Positions 1 through 9,846 of a stretch of DNA of 64,000 nt are shown piece after piece. The stretch covers positions 32,001 to 96,000 of the IMG/VR virus record IMGVR_UViG_3300027969_000001; one strand, given 5' to 3'. How positions within the stretch are numbered: position 1 is the first letter of the stretch; each line of letters begins with the position of its first letter. The notes beneath the pieces were generated by a model. That model made no database searches, was not told the DNA's origin, and was given only the letters and a program-made list of their open reading frames with translations. The position numbers were made by a program, and so were the translations under genes. The DNA comes from a virus.

Positions 1-21
1 AACGATAAACACAAACTCAGC

Positions 22-306
22 TTGCGCATAAACAAGTCCGAGTTAGAGATAATGCAAATTATCTGTCCAGAAGAAGGACTTCACGCCTGCACTAACAGAG
101 ATGGCGTGTGCGTGGTTCAGCACTTTATTGGACTGTATGGACTTGATTGTAATGGTGGAGTGTGTCCAGCCCAAGAACACTTAGAAATATGCTGGACACT
201 CATCGGTGACGTTAATGATGTTGAGTCATCTCAGCTTTGGTTTATTCCTCTTGCTGACGAGGTGTTTCAAGCATGGATTGTTTCAAACCAGGAGCCACAA
301 CCCTAG
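22..306 (+). CDS. Hypothetical protein, probably the 3' part of a gene entering from outside the window
   Basis: ORF track; the frame appears open back to the window edge. Confidence 0.5.
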   Translation: MRINKSELEIMQIICPEEGLHACTNRDGVCVVQHFIGLYGLDCNGGVCPAQEHLEICWTLIGDVNDVESSQLWFIPLADEVFQAWIVSNQEPQP

Positions 307-757
307 ACCTACTGGGTCTATTGTTTTTACGCCTACAGGCTTCAATGTACTTCTGATTGGCTTCTTCAAGGATGGCATCCTCTCTGTCTATATTGTCAAG
401 ACTTAAAAGCGCCCCCCTCTCCGCGACATCAGCAAGCCTCTGCCTAAGAGTTGCTACATACATCTTCCCAAGCATTTTGTCTCTTGTTTCTCTGTAGTGA
501 TTTACGGATATGTATATCTCGTTTATGCCGGATGAAGTTATAAACCAGGTGTCTTCTCCAGACTTGTACAAAAGCTCATTTTTCTCCATTTTTCTAAGCA
601 ATGGACGTATATCACTGTAATGACGCTTACTGAACTTGCCAGACAAACACTCCTTTACTTCCATTGGAGTGAACGAACCTCTACGCATTCTTGCGAAACA
701 AAGCGCATAATACGAAAGAGTGCCGTAACTAACTAGTGGGAATCTTTGTTCTGACAT
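242..757 (-). CDS. Putative winged-helix protein
   Basis: 171 aa; LRKMEKNELLYKSGEDTWFITSSG resembles a wHTH wing. Confidence 0.45.
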   Translation of the reverse strand: MSEQRFPLVSYGTLSYYALCFARMRRGSFTPMEVKECLSGKFSKRHYSDIRPLLRKMEKNELLYKSGEDTWFITSSGINEIYISVNHYRETRDKMLGKMYVATLRQRLADVAERGALLSLDNIDREDAILEEANQKYIEACRRKNNRPSRSRVVAPGLKQSMLETPRQQEE

Positions 758-771
758 TGAATAACATTGTA

Positions 772-1206
772 TTAGAACGGTTCCTGTTCGCCAACTTCTT
801 CTTGTTCAGAAAATTTAATAGTTTCAACAGCGCGTAGAACATGTTGTATATCAGGCTGTTCTTTAATTAATTTATTATTTAATCGATAGACATTTTGTCG
901 GTTAACTTTTGTCTTTGTAAGAAGCCCTGAAGATATAAGGCTTTTAACAGTTTTATCTATCATTGTTTCACTGAGGTCAAGATAAACAGAAACAGCACGA
1001 ACTGTCATTGTTGGGTCTTGAATTAAAGAAATTAAAACTCGACCACTTGTGGATAACAAATTAACATCCGTATCACGATGATACCTAAGTATTTTTTTAT
1101 CATCCAGTGCTTCCATTATTTTCTGCACGGCTTCACTAGTTCCACCTTCTGAAGTGATGGCTTTTTCTATCGCTTTTTTAATGTCATCGTTTTTTGCGTT
1201 CTTCAT
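772..1206 (-). CDS. MarR/ArsR-like winged-helix DNA-binding protein
   Basis: PTMTVRAVSVYLDLSETMIDKTVKSLISSGLLTKTKVNRQNVYRL wHTH pattern. Confidence 0.75.
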   Translation of the reverse strand: MKNAKNDDIKKAIEKAITSEGGTSEAVQKIMEALDDKKILRYHRDTDVNLLSTSGRVLISLIQDPTMTVRAVSVYLDLSETMIDKTVKSLISSGLLTKTKVNRQNVYRLNNKLIKEQPDIQHVLRAVETIKFSEQEEVGEQEPF

Positions 1207-1325
1207 AGATACCTGTACATGATGGGGTAGGGTGGGGTAACATCTGGGGTGTCATAGAGACCGACATTGAGAGCAACACTTGATGAGAAACACCACATAA
1301 TTACAGACACTAGCAGGAGGGGCGA

Positions 1326-1604
1326 ATGCTCAAAGATACTCTCAAAGAACTAATAGCAAAGCCGGACAATACGTTCGACAATTGCAAACTAGGTTCCATT
1401 ATTAATAGCCAAGACAAAGAGACCCAAAAGGTACTTATAGACGCACTTAGTGGAGACATATCCACGATGTCACTTATAAGGGCACTTAACGCCGAAGGTA
1501 TCAAACTCAGCAGAGAATACCTAGGTACAAAGAGGGCCGGATGCTTCAAGAACGAAAACGGTAGCAATTCCTGCTGCATTAACAACAAGTCAGAAAGTAA
1601 GTAA
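1326..1604 (+). CDS. Hypothetical phage protein, coupled to the downstream phosphoesterase
   Basis: AGGAGG RBS upstream; abuts the next gene. Confidence 0.65.
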   Translation: MLKDTLKELIAKPDNTFDNCKLGSIINSQDKETQKVLIDALSGDISTMSLIRALNAEGIKLSREYLGTKRAGCFKNENGSNSCCINNKSESK

Positions 1605-1605
1605 A

Positions 1606-2856
1606 ATGGTCCCCCCAAAGAAAAAACCAGCAGCAGCTCCAAATCTTGGTGAAAAATTAAGAAATTTGAAGAATACGGCCGAAACAGCCAAGGCCACTGT
1701 AGACGGTGAAAAAAACTCAAAAAAAACACTCAATGACATCGCGCAGATGCTTGCTCGTAAAGGTATCGACCCATCCGAAGTTGGCTCAATCAAAAAAGTT
1801 TCGCTTTACCAGTCGGTAACAAAGAACCCAGATACTGGCGAAGCAATAGTTCACGACCTTCAAGCCATCCAGTTCAGCCCTTCGTGGGAGACCGGACCAG
1901 CTTGGCCTGTTATAGAACAAGGGCCTCAAATACAAATACAAAAGGTAAAGACAAAAACCGGCAAGCCCAAAGCATGGGAGACCGCAGTTATCGTACCTGA
2001 TATACAAATAGGTTTTTACCGTAAATCGCTCGATTCTTTTGAATTAGAGCCAATTCATGACGAAAAAGCCATAGCAGTTGCTCTTGAAGTAATAAAGAAC
2101 ATGAACCCTGACCAAGTGGTTCTCGTAGGAGACAACCTCGACTTTGCGGAATTCGGCAAGTTTCTTACCGCCGCACCATTTAAACAGATGGTTCAAGCCT
2201 CAATTGACCGAGCAACCATGCTTTGTGCACAATTGCGCGAAGCAGCGCCTACTGCCAAAATCACATGGATTGCCGGAAACCACGAAGCAAGATTGGCGCG
2301 ATACATCCAAACCAACGCAGAAGCAGCTTTTGGCATCACCCGAGGTAAAGCAGATAAATTTAGAGAGACCTGGCCTGTCCTTTCTGTGCCATTTCTTTGC
2401 AGAATGGATGAATTCGGCGTCGAATATCTTCCCGGTTACCCAGAATCAGCTCACTACATCAACTCAAACCTGATGATTGTTCATGGAGACAAGGTTGTTT
2501 CAAACAACTCAACCACCAAGAAGTATCTGGACAATGAGCGTATATCAGTTATTTATGGACATATCCACAGAAATGAGTACGCCTACAGAACTCGCCGTAC
2601 AGACAAGGGTCCACGAACAATCATGGCCGCAAGTCCTGGATGTCTCTGCAGAGTAGACGGCGCTGTTCCATCCACGAAATCAGGTATGGACGAATTTGGT
2701 AGACCACTCCTCCAAGGAGCCGAGAACTGGCAACAAGGACTAGGAATAGTTACTTACCAGCCTTACGGAGTAGGCGAAGAGTGGTTCAACTACGAACCAA
2801 TGTGGATTTACAACGGCCGAGGCATCCTTCGCGGAGTGGAGTACGTTGCCCAATGA
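1606..2856 (+). CDS. Calcineurin-like metallophosphoesterase
   Basis: Motifs PDIQ, GDNLD, GNHE, HG, GHIH. Confidence 0.85.
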   Translation: MVPPKKKPAAAPNLGEKLRNLKNTAETAKATVDGEKNSKKTLNDIAQMLARKGIDPSEVGSIKKVSLYQSVTKNPDTGEAIVHDLQAIQFSPSWETGPAWPVIEQGPQIQIQKVKTKTGKPKAWETAVIVPDIQIGFYRKSLDSFELEPIHDEKAIAVALEVIKNMNPDQVVLVGDNLDFAEFGKFLTAAPFKQMVQASIDRATMLCAQLREAAPTAKITWIAGNHEARLARYIQTNAEAAFGITRGKADKFRETWPVLSVPFLCRMDEFGVEYLPGYPESAHYINSNLMIVHGDKVVSNNSTTKKYLDNERISVIYGHIHRNEYAYRTRRTDKGPRTIMAASPGCLCRVDGAVPSTKSGMDEFGRPLLQGAENWQQGLGIVTYQPYGVGEEWFNYEPMWIYNGRGILRGVEYVAQ

Positions 2857-3086
2857 GCGGATACGACTTTGGCGAGAACATGCCAAACCTCAGAGAAGAC
2901 CTAGAATCCTTAAGAGACAAGGGTCTCATCGATATTGTTGGGATAAATGACGAGGGAGAGTGGCTTTACAACCTTTCCCCCACATCAAAACAACTTGTTG
3001 AAGAACTTCGCCATGAAACCGATGACATATGGGGTACTATCGCATTACTCATGGAAAACATGATGGAGGAAGAGCGTGACCTATGA
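2853..3086 (+). CDS. Small wHTH-like hypothetical protein (start taken at MSGYDF)
   Basis: ATGA overlaps at both ends; resembles 43708..43902. Confidence 0.55.
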   Translation: MSGYDFGENMPNLREDLESLRDKGLIDIVGINDEGEWLYNLSPTSKQLVEELRHETDDIWGTIALLMENMMEEERDL

Positions 3087-3718
3087 CAACAATAATTGGC
3101 ATACAGGGTGATGGCTTTTGTATAGCAACAACTGATTCTCGCATCTCAGAGCTTGAGGGCGGGTCTAATTTGATTTCGCAATTTGTCAGTCTAAAAGAGA
3201 CGAATACGAAAATAGCCTTAAATGGTCGCTACTTGTTGGGCGCGGCAGGGGATTTGCGCGCCATAAACATACTGCATCACGCTTTCCAGCCTCCGCCGGC
3301 ACCGCCAACACTTAAAGGCAAGAAGCTCGACCACTTCGTTACAGTTAAATTTATCCCAGCTTTAAGAGAAGTATTCGAGTCTTCCGGATACGCAATGCCT
3401 GATAAAGATGAAAAGACTCACATGGCGGAGCATGCCTCCACTGTATTCATGGCCATAAACGGCACTATCTATATCATTGATGGAGATTACTCCTGGATAT
3501 CTGACTCCTCTGGCTTGTTTGCCATAGGGAGCGGAGCCCAATACGCACTCGGTTCTCTCTATACACAGATGCCAAAAGGCAAACTAACCCTGCCAATGGC
3601 AAAGAAAATAGCAATGCGCGCAATCAATGTGGCCGCAAAGTTTGACCCATATACGGGAGCGCCGTACCACGCCTTCGTACAGGGAGCCGAAAAACCCCCT
3701 GCACCTAAGTCTCAATAG
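3083..3718 (+). CDS. Ntn-hydrolase, proteasome-beta/HslV-like threonine protease
   Basis: N-terminal MTT, DSR, GAAGD, AIGSGA, D-x-Y-T-G motifs. Confidence 0.8.
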   Translation: MTTIIGIQGDGFCIATTDSRISELEGGSNLISQFVSLKETNTKIALNGRYLLGAAGDLRAINILHHAFQPPPAPPTLKGKKLDHFVTVKFIPALREVFESSGYAMPDKDEKTHMAEHASTVFMAINGTIYIIDGDYSWISDSSGLFAIGSGAQYALGSLYTQMPKGKLTLPMAKKIAMRAINVAAKFDPYTGAPYHAFVQGAEKPPAPKSQ

Positions 3719-4161
3719 ATAAGTCATCACAGGATATATAATTAACTCATGCCAACAAAAAGCCAAAAACTAGCCGCAACAGCATCCTTCATCATCTCCT
3801 TGCCTATCGTTATTGGCTTGATTGTCCTAATTCGCTCCATGCGTGAGCACTTCAGGAAAATACGAGAAGGATACCGCTGGGAATAATCCCACGACCTTTG
3901 ACCCAACTATCTCCATATCTGGGTAGATAGATAAAGAAACGCCTTTTTAACCCATCCACGTGTAAGAAAAGTCCGTGTAATCACCATAGGTGTCTAACTC
4001 TTCTATGTAGGAGTAAACAAACTCTAGGGAGTAGTAGAAACACCTACCCTTTTTCTGCTCTGCGGGCATTGTCACAGAATCCACTTAACACCCCCCTGTG
4101 AGTACGAGTGTACTAATAATTGTGTAGTACTTAAAAATAAGCTTTTACACAAGGACACATA

Positions 4162-4512
4162 GTGGAATCAGACAACAAAAAGACCCAACAAAAATTACCC
4201 AATAAAAATACCTTACCTGTAGAAAGTCTAGCTATACCTAAAAAAGCTTGGTTTGGAATGGCAGCCTGTAAAGGAAAGACCGAACTAATGTTCCCCAAAC
4301 AACATAAGGACATTACTTATATCGCTCAGGCGAGAGCATTGTGCAGAACATGCCCAGTGATAGATAACTGTTTGGAGTACGCACTAGAGTTCCCGCCAGC
4401 TGATATGCACGGAGTATGGGCAGGACTCACATCAAGACAACTAGCCGCAGAACAAAGAAGGCGCAAGATAAAACCAATACGCCCAACACTCGCACAAATG
4501 TGGGGTAACTAA
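4162..4512 (+). CDS. whiB: WhiB-family Fe-S transcription regulator
   Basis: AAC...C-x2-C-P-x4-C...GVWAG. Confidence 0.9.
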   Translation: MESDNKKTQQKLPNKNTLPVESLAIPKKAWFGMAACKGKTELMFPKQHKDITYIAQARALCRTCPVIDNCLEYALEFPPADMHGVWAGLTSRQLAAEQRRRKIKPIRPTLAQMWGN

Positions 4513-4792
4513 CTTATGGTCACTTTTATCATGCTGGGAATTATTTACGCTTTCATCCTATGGTGGAGTTCCTACTAGAAGAGAAAGGGCTGGGCCGGAA
4601 GTCCGTTAGCAATCGCGCCTTTTTGTGTGGTTTGAGCATCCACCGACCCAGCAAGAGAAACTTTATCGCCGGCCATAAACAAAAGCAACACCCGTATAGC
4701 TTTCCACCCGCAAAAGGAATAAACGCAAAAAACCTCCGGAAGCTTGCGAATTTGCTCTTTTTTTCTTTTTTGAGAAAATTTGTCAGTATTAA

Positions 4793-5137
4793 CTACAAAA
4801 TCCTCAAATTACAGGTCGTACAGTATTGCATTTCATTTAATAGTGTTAATTTTTGGACGCATTCTTTTTGTCCGCAGGGTTTTAGTATCTGTTCGCCCCT
4901 GATGTAGGCAAGAACTGTCTCTTCGACTGTTGGTATTGAGAACTGTGGGGTGCCGGCGTCCGGTATTCCCTTCTCGTTCTGAATGAATTGCCACACGGCA
5001 TACAGCACTACTTCGTTTACCGAGTAGCCCTTTGCGCGCGCATAGTCAACTATCTCATTTTTTTGTTTGCCTTTTAGGCGTATTTGTATAGTGACGTACC
5101 TATCGGGGAATTTAGTCTTTTCAGACTTACGCCCCAT
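4793..5137 (-). CDS. Ribbon-helix-helix protein with C-terminal Cys (Zn-ribbon) cluster
   Basis: VTIQIRL...YARAKGYSVNEVV; C..C...C-x2-C. Confidence 0.6.
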   Translation of the reverse strand: MGRKSEKTKFPDRYVTIQIRLKGKQKNEIVDYARAKGYSVNEVVLYAVWQFIQNEKGIPDAGTPQFSIPTVEETVLAYIRGEQILKPCGQKECVQKLTLLNEMQYCTTCNLRIL

Positions 5138-5294
5138 CGCGTTCTACCAATGATTGCAAGTAAGCGGTGAGCGTCAGGTCTACAGCAGATGATTGGTTTA
5201 TGAGCTTTTCTTTAAACTCTTTTGTAACGCGCAGCGTGAGTGTTACTACTGGTTTAGTAGGAATGGTTACTGGACGGCCAGGATTTCTCTTCAT
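5127..5294 (-). CDS. Small RHH DNA-binding protein (start at MKRNPGRP)
   Basis: GRP followed by TLTLRV...LTAYLQSLV. Confidence 0.6.
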   Translation of the reverse strand: MKRNPGRPVTIPTKPVVTLTLRVTKEFKEKLINQSSAVDLTLTAYLQSLVERDGA

Positions 5295-5472
5295 GCAAGA
5301 GAATTTACTGCAATACGAACGTCCTGATTGCAACAACGATAAGCAATACGGTTATTAGCTTTGTTGCGAACTTCTGACTGGAGTACATTGTCGACCAGAT
5401 GAGGGCACTAGAACAAAATAAAATTAGGACTTTTAAAAAGGGTAACATTAATAACCTCACTATTGTTGGGAA

Positions 5473-5964
5473 CTATTGTTCCTCTATTAGAGGGACCGCA
5501 TATCTTGCGATATCCATCTCTGACACTATCCTAGTGTAGGTCCGGCAGAAGGCTTCCCTGTCTGAGTTGGTGTGCATGCCGATTGCAGCATCCCCTAATT
5601 GTTTGACAGTTTCTTTCAGTGCTTCTGATACCCCAATAGAAGGAGCCATACCTGAGTTGACGTCTTTTTGTATGGTAATCCAAGTACCCCAAGCAGAAAG
5701 GGGGTCTTCGAATTGGGTCATTTTTGTGACCCTATTTATTGCGGTGCGGCGTATCTCTCCTGGGCGGGGGAGGAACTGCGCTTCTACAGCCAGAGTAAGG
5801 AATGCTGCCTTCGCATCCTTGTAATCCAAATCGTGCAACAAGTCGAACCAAGATGCATAAAGCAACTTAGTTGGTGCGGGTCCTACAGGGAGAGGGACAT
5901 TAAAGGTCATGTAGGCCTGGTCCACTAGTGAGCACAGCTCTTCTTTGGTCATTCGTTTATCCAT
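5473..5964 (-). CDS. Replicative helicase loader/inhibitor (SPP1 G39P-like)
   Basis: W-x-D-L-L-x-D-L-D-Y...F-L-P-x-P-G-E-I pattern; follows the initiator-like gene. Confidence 0.65.
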   Translation of the reverse strand: MDKRMTKEELCSLVDQAYMTFNVPLPVGPAPTKLLYASWFDLLHDLDYKDAKAAFLTLAVEAQFLPRPGEIRRTAINRVTKMTQFEDPLSAWGTWITIQKDVNSGMAPSIGVSEALKETVKQLGDAAIGMHTNSDREAFCRTYTRIVSEMDIARYAVPLIEEQ

Positions 5965-6332
5965 TCGTCTTTAGCTGAGGTTTCGCTCTGCTTGTCATGC
6001 AGCTCGAGGAACTTCTCTACATTGCCGGCGTTTCTGAATATGACTGACACATCGTTATAGGCCTGGCCCCTATTATTCTGGCCCATCCACCACGGGTCAT
6101 TGGCACAGCCGTCTATGGCATCCCTACAGGCTTCTACTCCATATACAGCAATTGCCCACCCGATATCTCTGTGGCGGTTTACATCGAGAGCAGCGCGGCG
6201 TTTGGTCTTGCCCATAGCTACCTTCCAGTACTCAAAGATTTCTTCTATTAGAACATTGGAGACAGTTTTGGCTAGGTCTCCCTTACTCCTATTGTGAGCG
6301 CTGGGACCTCTTACTTTTTTATCATCTACCAT
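5949..6332 (-). CDS. Phage replication-initiator C-terminal-like protein
   Basis: IFEYW...AIDGCANDPWWMG...IFRN.NVEKFL; paired with the loader. Confidence 0.6.
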   Translation of the reverse strand: MVDDKKVRGPSAHNRSKGDLAKTVSNVLIEEIFEYWKVAMGKTKRRAALDVNRHRDIGWAIAVYGVEACRDAIDGCANDPWWMGQNNRGQAYNDVSVIFRNAGNVEKFLELHDKQSETSAKDEWINE

Positions 6333-6627
6333 TTTATGAATCTATCCCTTAATTTGTGATTACACACAGAGTTCTCCTTAAGCCTGATGGAGAAGGCTAC
6401 GGTTTTGACGTTGGCTTCTTTTCCGTGGACGGAAGATGTTTCGCCTAGTGAAGGACGGTCGCTGCGCTCCCTTTTGGAGGGGGGTGTGGGGGGAACCTTT
6501 AGATTTGCTCCAGCGCCCACGCATGCTAATGCCCACCGAGTTGATTGGGTGGTACAAAGATGCTAAGAAGTGACATATGCCTATGTCATGTGAATCACAT
6601 TCAAGCTCTATTGAACTTGCGGAGGTG

Positions 6628-6656
6628 ATGGTAGCAGCATCATCCACCACCGTCAA
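6628..6656 (-). promoter_or_regulatory. Sigma70-type promoter TTGACG-N17-TACCAT; the spacer is a copy of motif C
   Basis: Read directly on the minus strand, upstream of the replication genes. Confidence 0.55.
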
Positions 6657-6767
6657 CCCCTAACGCGAGGAATCTTTTAAAAGCCGGCGAAATATTTTTT
6701 GTTGACGTGTTCGTGTCACGGTTCGGATAAGTCTTGACGCGCGCTCGAGCCGTTATGCTGCTAAATT

Positions 6768-6885
6768 GGCCGGGGCTTCTACGGGAGGGTTTACCCCTTT
6801 CGACCTCCTATGGAAGTAGGACCCTGGAGTTGAGTTTTCTGGAACGTTGGTAGGTGGCTTACCGGAAAACTCCTCCGGGGTTTCC
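6768..6885 (+). ncRNA. Candidate two-hairpin sRNA with loops antisense to accessory-gene leaders
   Basis: Intergenic; stems 6775-6817 and 6821-6881 use G-U pairs only on the + strand; TATGCT -10 at 6754. Confidence 0.55.
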
Positions 6886-6890
6886 CATCT

Positions 6891-7247
6891 CTACTCGTAG
6901 ACGTCCCAGTCAGGCCAGAACGGTCTGTTCTTTTTGTCTTTTATTTCCTTGGCGCGGCGGAATGCTGCCTTGCCCATGGATTCTTTATCGAAGTACGACC
7001 AATTGGGGTTGCCCATCATTTGTACATTGAGGGTTGACCTGAGGTCTTTGTCCATATGCTTGTGACCGTACTCATGATTCAACATCTCTTGAAGCTCTTC
7101 GTCTACCAGAGACGTCTGGGCCTCAACATATTTATTGAATTCTTTTGAGTACTTCTTCTGGGTCCTACGACGTTCGACAGATTTTGAGTCAAAAAACCAA
7201 ATAATTAGCGCAGCGATGGCCGCAGCTGTAATAGTGAATTGTTTCAT
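6891..7247 (-). CDS. Hypothetical protein with N-terminal membrane anchor
   Basis: Hydrophobic N-terminus; AGGAG RBS. Confidence 0.6.
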   Translation of the reverse strand: MKQFTITAAAIAALIIWFFDSKSVERRRTQKKYSKEFNKYVEAQTSLVDEELQEMLNHEYGHKHMDKDLRSTLNVQMMGNPNWSYFDKESMGKAAFRRAKEIKDKKNRPFWPDWDVYE

Positions 7248-7255
7248 TTTTTCTC

Positions 7256-7495
7256 CTAAAATTGAGAATCTTGAGGGAAGTGTACTTCATCCCCAGTTAG
7301 CGGGTCGGTAAACAGAATTAAAACGTCATTTTTTGCAATATCAATCTGGGCCCAACCCAGCATCTTGTCAATAATCGCATTTTTTGTAATTTCTTCGCCG
7401 GCCGCAGCTAGCTCAGCTCGAGCTTCCGCCGCGGAATAATGCAAATTAAATGAAATTCCAACAATATCTGGGAGACCGTCGCGGTACGTGCTCAT
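7256..7495 (-). CDS. Hypothetical protein
   Basis: ATGA-coupled run of minus-strand ORFs. Confidence 0.55.
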   Translation of the reverse strand: MSTYRDGLPDIVGISFNLHYSAAEARAELAAAGEEITKNAIIDKMLGWAQIDIAKNDVLILFTDPLTGDEVHFPQDSQF

Positions 7496-7731
7496 CGTTT
7501 GAAGAATTCTTCGTTTTTCTTCATGATTTCTGGAGCTGCGCGGCCAGCAATTTCGAAGGTTTCATAATGGACGATGTCCCCGCATAGATAACATAGGTAG
7601 TAGTCGTCCCAGTCCTTGGGTGTTGGCTCTACTAGTTCTCCATCTTTTGTACATGGGTAGAACCCGTCACTGTCTGGGCGGTTGCCGCATGTGCATTCCC
7701 ACCAGTCTTCTGCTAATTGTTTAATAGTCAT
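7492..7731 (-). CDS. Small Zn-finger protein
   Basis: CxC...C...CxxC. Confidence 0.6.
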   Translation of the reverse strand: MTIKQLAEDWWECTCGNRPDSDGFYPCTKDGELVEPTPKDWDDYYLCYLCGDIVHYETFEIAGRAAPEIMKKNEEFFKR

Positions 7732-7996
7732 AGCGGACCCTTTCTAATTGATGCACGTATAACGCGTGCGCGTTTAAATTTATCTAAAGTCTACAAGAAT
7801 TTAGTGAAGTTTCTTTTTCTTTTTTTTCTTAATTTTGTAGCCGGCGCGCTCGAGCTCTTCGATTACGTGCTGCGGGATTCCTTCCCAGATTGGGATTCCC
7901 TTTTGAGTTAAGGCACGAGCAATCGCTGCGCGCTTTGGTCCTAGTTGACTAATGTCTTGCATCATCCACCACCGTCATTCGTTAACGTGAGAAAAC

Positions 7997-8674
7997 TCAC
8001 TTGATATCCAATAAAAACCAGCCGCGCTCCCACATCATACCGATGGCTGAGTAACCAATGATATCGACATACGTGTCAGTAAGTGCTTCGTTCTGGGGGT
8101 TGTTGCTTGAGAGATGTAAATTCCTCAAGCGCGCTAGCTTGTCATGAGTCCTGATAATTAATCCGATTCTTCCAAAGCGTGCGATGTTGTTATGCCCGTA
8201 ATCCATTTGCTTACGAATCAAGGTTTCTGTAATTTGCTCGCGAATCATCCAGGAGTCAAATTCGCCGGCCGCTGCGGGATTGTCAATTTTTTCAAATTCT
8301 GGATGATTATCCAGTGGCCCTGGAGCTCCCAGTAATGGCAATAATTCTCCATTTTTTATCCCCGCCGCTGCCGCGGTGATGCCAAGGATTTTCCACTCTT
8401 CTGTCCAATACATCTGGTCTGAGTCAAAACATTTAGAATTATTCACCATTCCTTCAAACTGAACATCCAGGCGATGAAGGCCTTCCAGAACAGCTTCCAG
8501 GCATGGGTCAATTTCTTGATTTTTTGAACTGTCAACTCGAGCTACGTGCGGTTGGGAGTTCATTTGGTCGAGGGACTTATCTATTAAGTCGAATATTTGA
8601 GAAACACAGATTTTGGCAGCATCTTGCCAACGTTCTGGCTGACCAGGATTCAGTTCATCCACCACCGTCAACAT
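7997..8674 (-). CDS. DUF1599 / nucleotide-modification-associated (MazG-like helical) domain protein
   Basis: KQMDYG...DKLARL...DTYVDIIGYS. Confidence 0.75.
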   Translation of the reverse strand: MLTVVDELNPGQPERWQDAAKICVSQIFDLIDKSLDQMNSQPHVARVDSSKNQEIDPCLEAVLEGLHRLDVQFEGMVNNSKCFDSDQMYWTEEWKILGITAAAAGIKNGELLPLLGAPGPLDNHPEFEKIDNPAAAGEFDSWMIREQITETLIRKQMDYGHNNIARFGRIGLIIRTHDKLARLRNLHLSSNNPQNEALTDTYVDIIGYSAIGMMWERGWFLLDIK

Positions 8675-9157
8675 CTAATTACCCCCACTAAGTAAGTCTT
8701 CCCACTTTTCGGGCGGGTTCGTGTCCATCTCTACCTTAACGGCGAGTGCCATCTTTTCCAACTTCGCCAACCATGCTGCGTCCGCGATACCAGTGAGCCC
8801 CGCTCCCTCTTCTATCGAATCGACATTTGATATCTCTGATTGTATATATTCTTTAGAAAAAGCTGCGATGATGCTTTTGTCTGTTGCCCCTCGCAGCAGA
8901 ACTGGTCCAGTTTCTCCATTTATTGATTTTTGGGGAACGTGTATGGCCGTCACGACGTAGTCCCCCTCCGTGAAAATAAAGATAATATTATGCTTTTCCC
9001 CAGAGGCCTCTCTGAGCTGGGAAATTACTTCATGAGCAACATCCACATCCATAGATGCATCTGTCAAAATTTTCAATAATTCAGCATTATCGTCTCGAGC
9101 TCCAGGGACATTTAGTTTGTCGATGGCATTCCATTTACTATTTTGCTTTTCTTCCAT
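8675..9157 (-). CDS. Hypothetical protein
   Basis: 160-aa ORF with AAAGGT RBS. Confidence 0.6.
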   Translation of the reverse strand: MEEKQNSKWNAIDKLNVPGARDDNAELLKILTDASMDVDVAHEVISQLREASGEKHNIIFIFTEGDYVVTAIHVPQKSINGETGPVLLRGATDKSIIAAFSKEYIQSEISNVDSIEEGAGLTGIADAAWLAKLEKMALAVKVEMDTNPPEKWEDLLSGGN

Positions 9158-9235
9158 GGTTACCTTTCTAAGGGCCCGATAGTTATGTTTAAAAAAACGA
9201 TTTTTTTAGGCACGCAGCGGCTGCTACGTAGCGCG

Positions 9236-9502
9236 TTACTTTTTAAGATTTGAGATTTTTATAGCGTCTACTGCAGCTTCATAAATGACTGACCAGTAAA
9301 TTTCCCAAAGCCTTGGGTCGTTCATGCATAAATTTGTCACTAAATTCAAGGTCTCTTCTTCAGCTTCCAGGAGAAACTCTCGAATATTTGTCGAATTTTC
9401 AATATCAAGCTGCTCAAGAATAAGACTCTCACGAGCTTCTTCTACAAGAGACATTGGGTCAAAAGGAAGTGCGGTGAACACGTACGGGTCGAGGTCGCTC
9501 AT
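9236..9502 (-). CDS. Hypothetical acidic protein (start at MSDLDP)
   Basis: AAGGA RBS before the internal Met. Confidence 0.5.
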   Translation of the reverse strand: MSDLDPYVFTALPFDPMSLVEEARESLILEQLDIENSTNIREFLLEAEEETLNLVTNLCMNDPRLWEIYWSVIYEAAVDAIKISNLKK

Positions 9503-9504
9503 AT

Positions 9505-9729
9505 TTATCCTTTTTCTTGCATGTTCTGGCTGAGCTCGTAAAGAGCCCCCCAATATTTAAACGTTTTTTCTTGCTCGGCAGCGGAGTCGAATTCCAGCCT
9601 GAGGTCTTCGTATTGTTGAGCCCCAGTTTCCACACTGACGGTTACGAAGTAGGAGGGGTCTCGACTAGAGGTACGTTCGGTGGATTTCTTGACACTACTG
9701 ATTCTGCCAGCTTTCATGAGACTCCTCAT
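9505..9729 (-). CDS. Hypothetical protein
   Basis: Preceded by TTGACA-N17-TAGATT on the minus strand. Confidence 0.5.
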   Translation of the reverse strand: MRSLMKAGRISSVKKSTERTSSRDPSYFVTVSVETGAQQYEDLRLEFDSAAEQEKTFKYWGALYELSQNMQEKG

Positions 9730-9823
9730 TCGTTATGTAATAAATCTATCCGCCACCGCAGCTTTTGTCAACCCCACTAATAAATAACTTTGGATAAATG
9801 ATTAAGGTGACATTTCTTTACAG

Positions 9824-9837
9824 CGAACATATGTTCG
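9824..9837. promoter_or_regulatory. LexA/SOS box (Gram-positive/actinobacterial type) CGAAC-ATAT-GTTCG
   Basis: Perfect palindrome between TTTACA (9817) and TAGGAT (9841). Confidence 0.75.
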
Positions 9838-9846
9838 TACTAGGAT

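Noticed and set aside
6326-6656. ORFs 6326..6520 and 6378..6656 as genes
   Set aside because: They overlap each other and a promoter, with no clear RBS; could not decide which, if either, is real.
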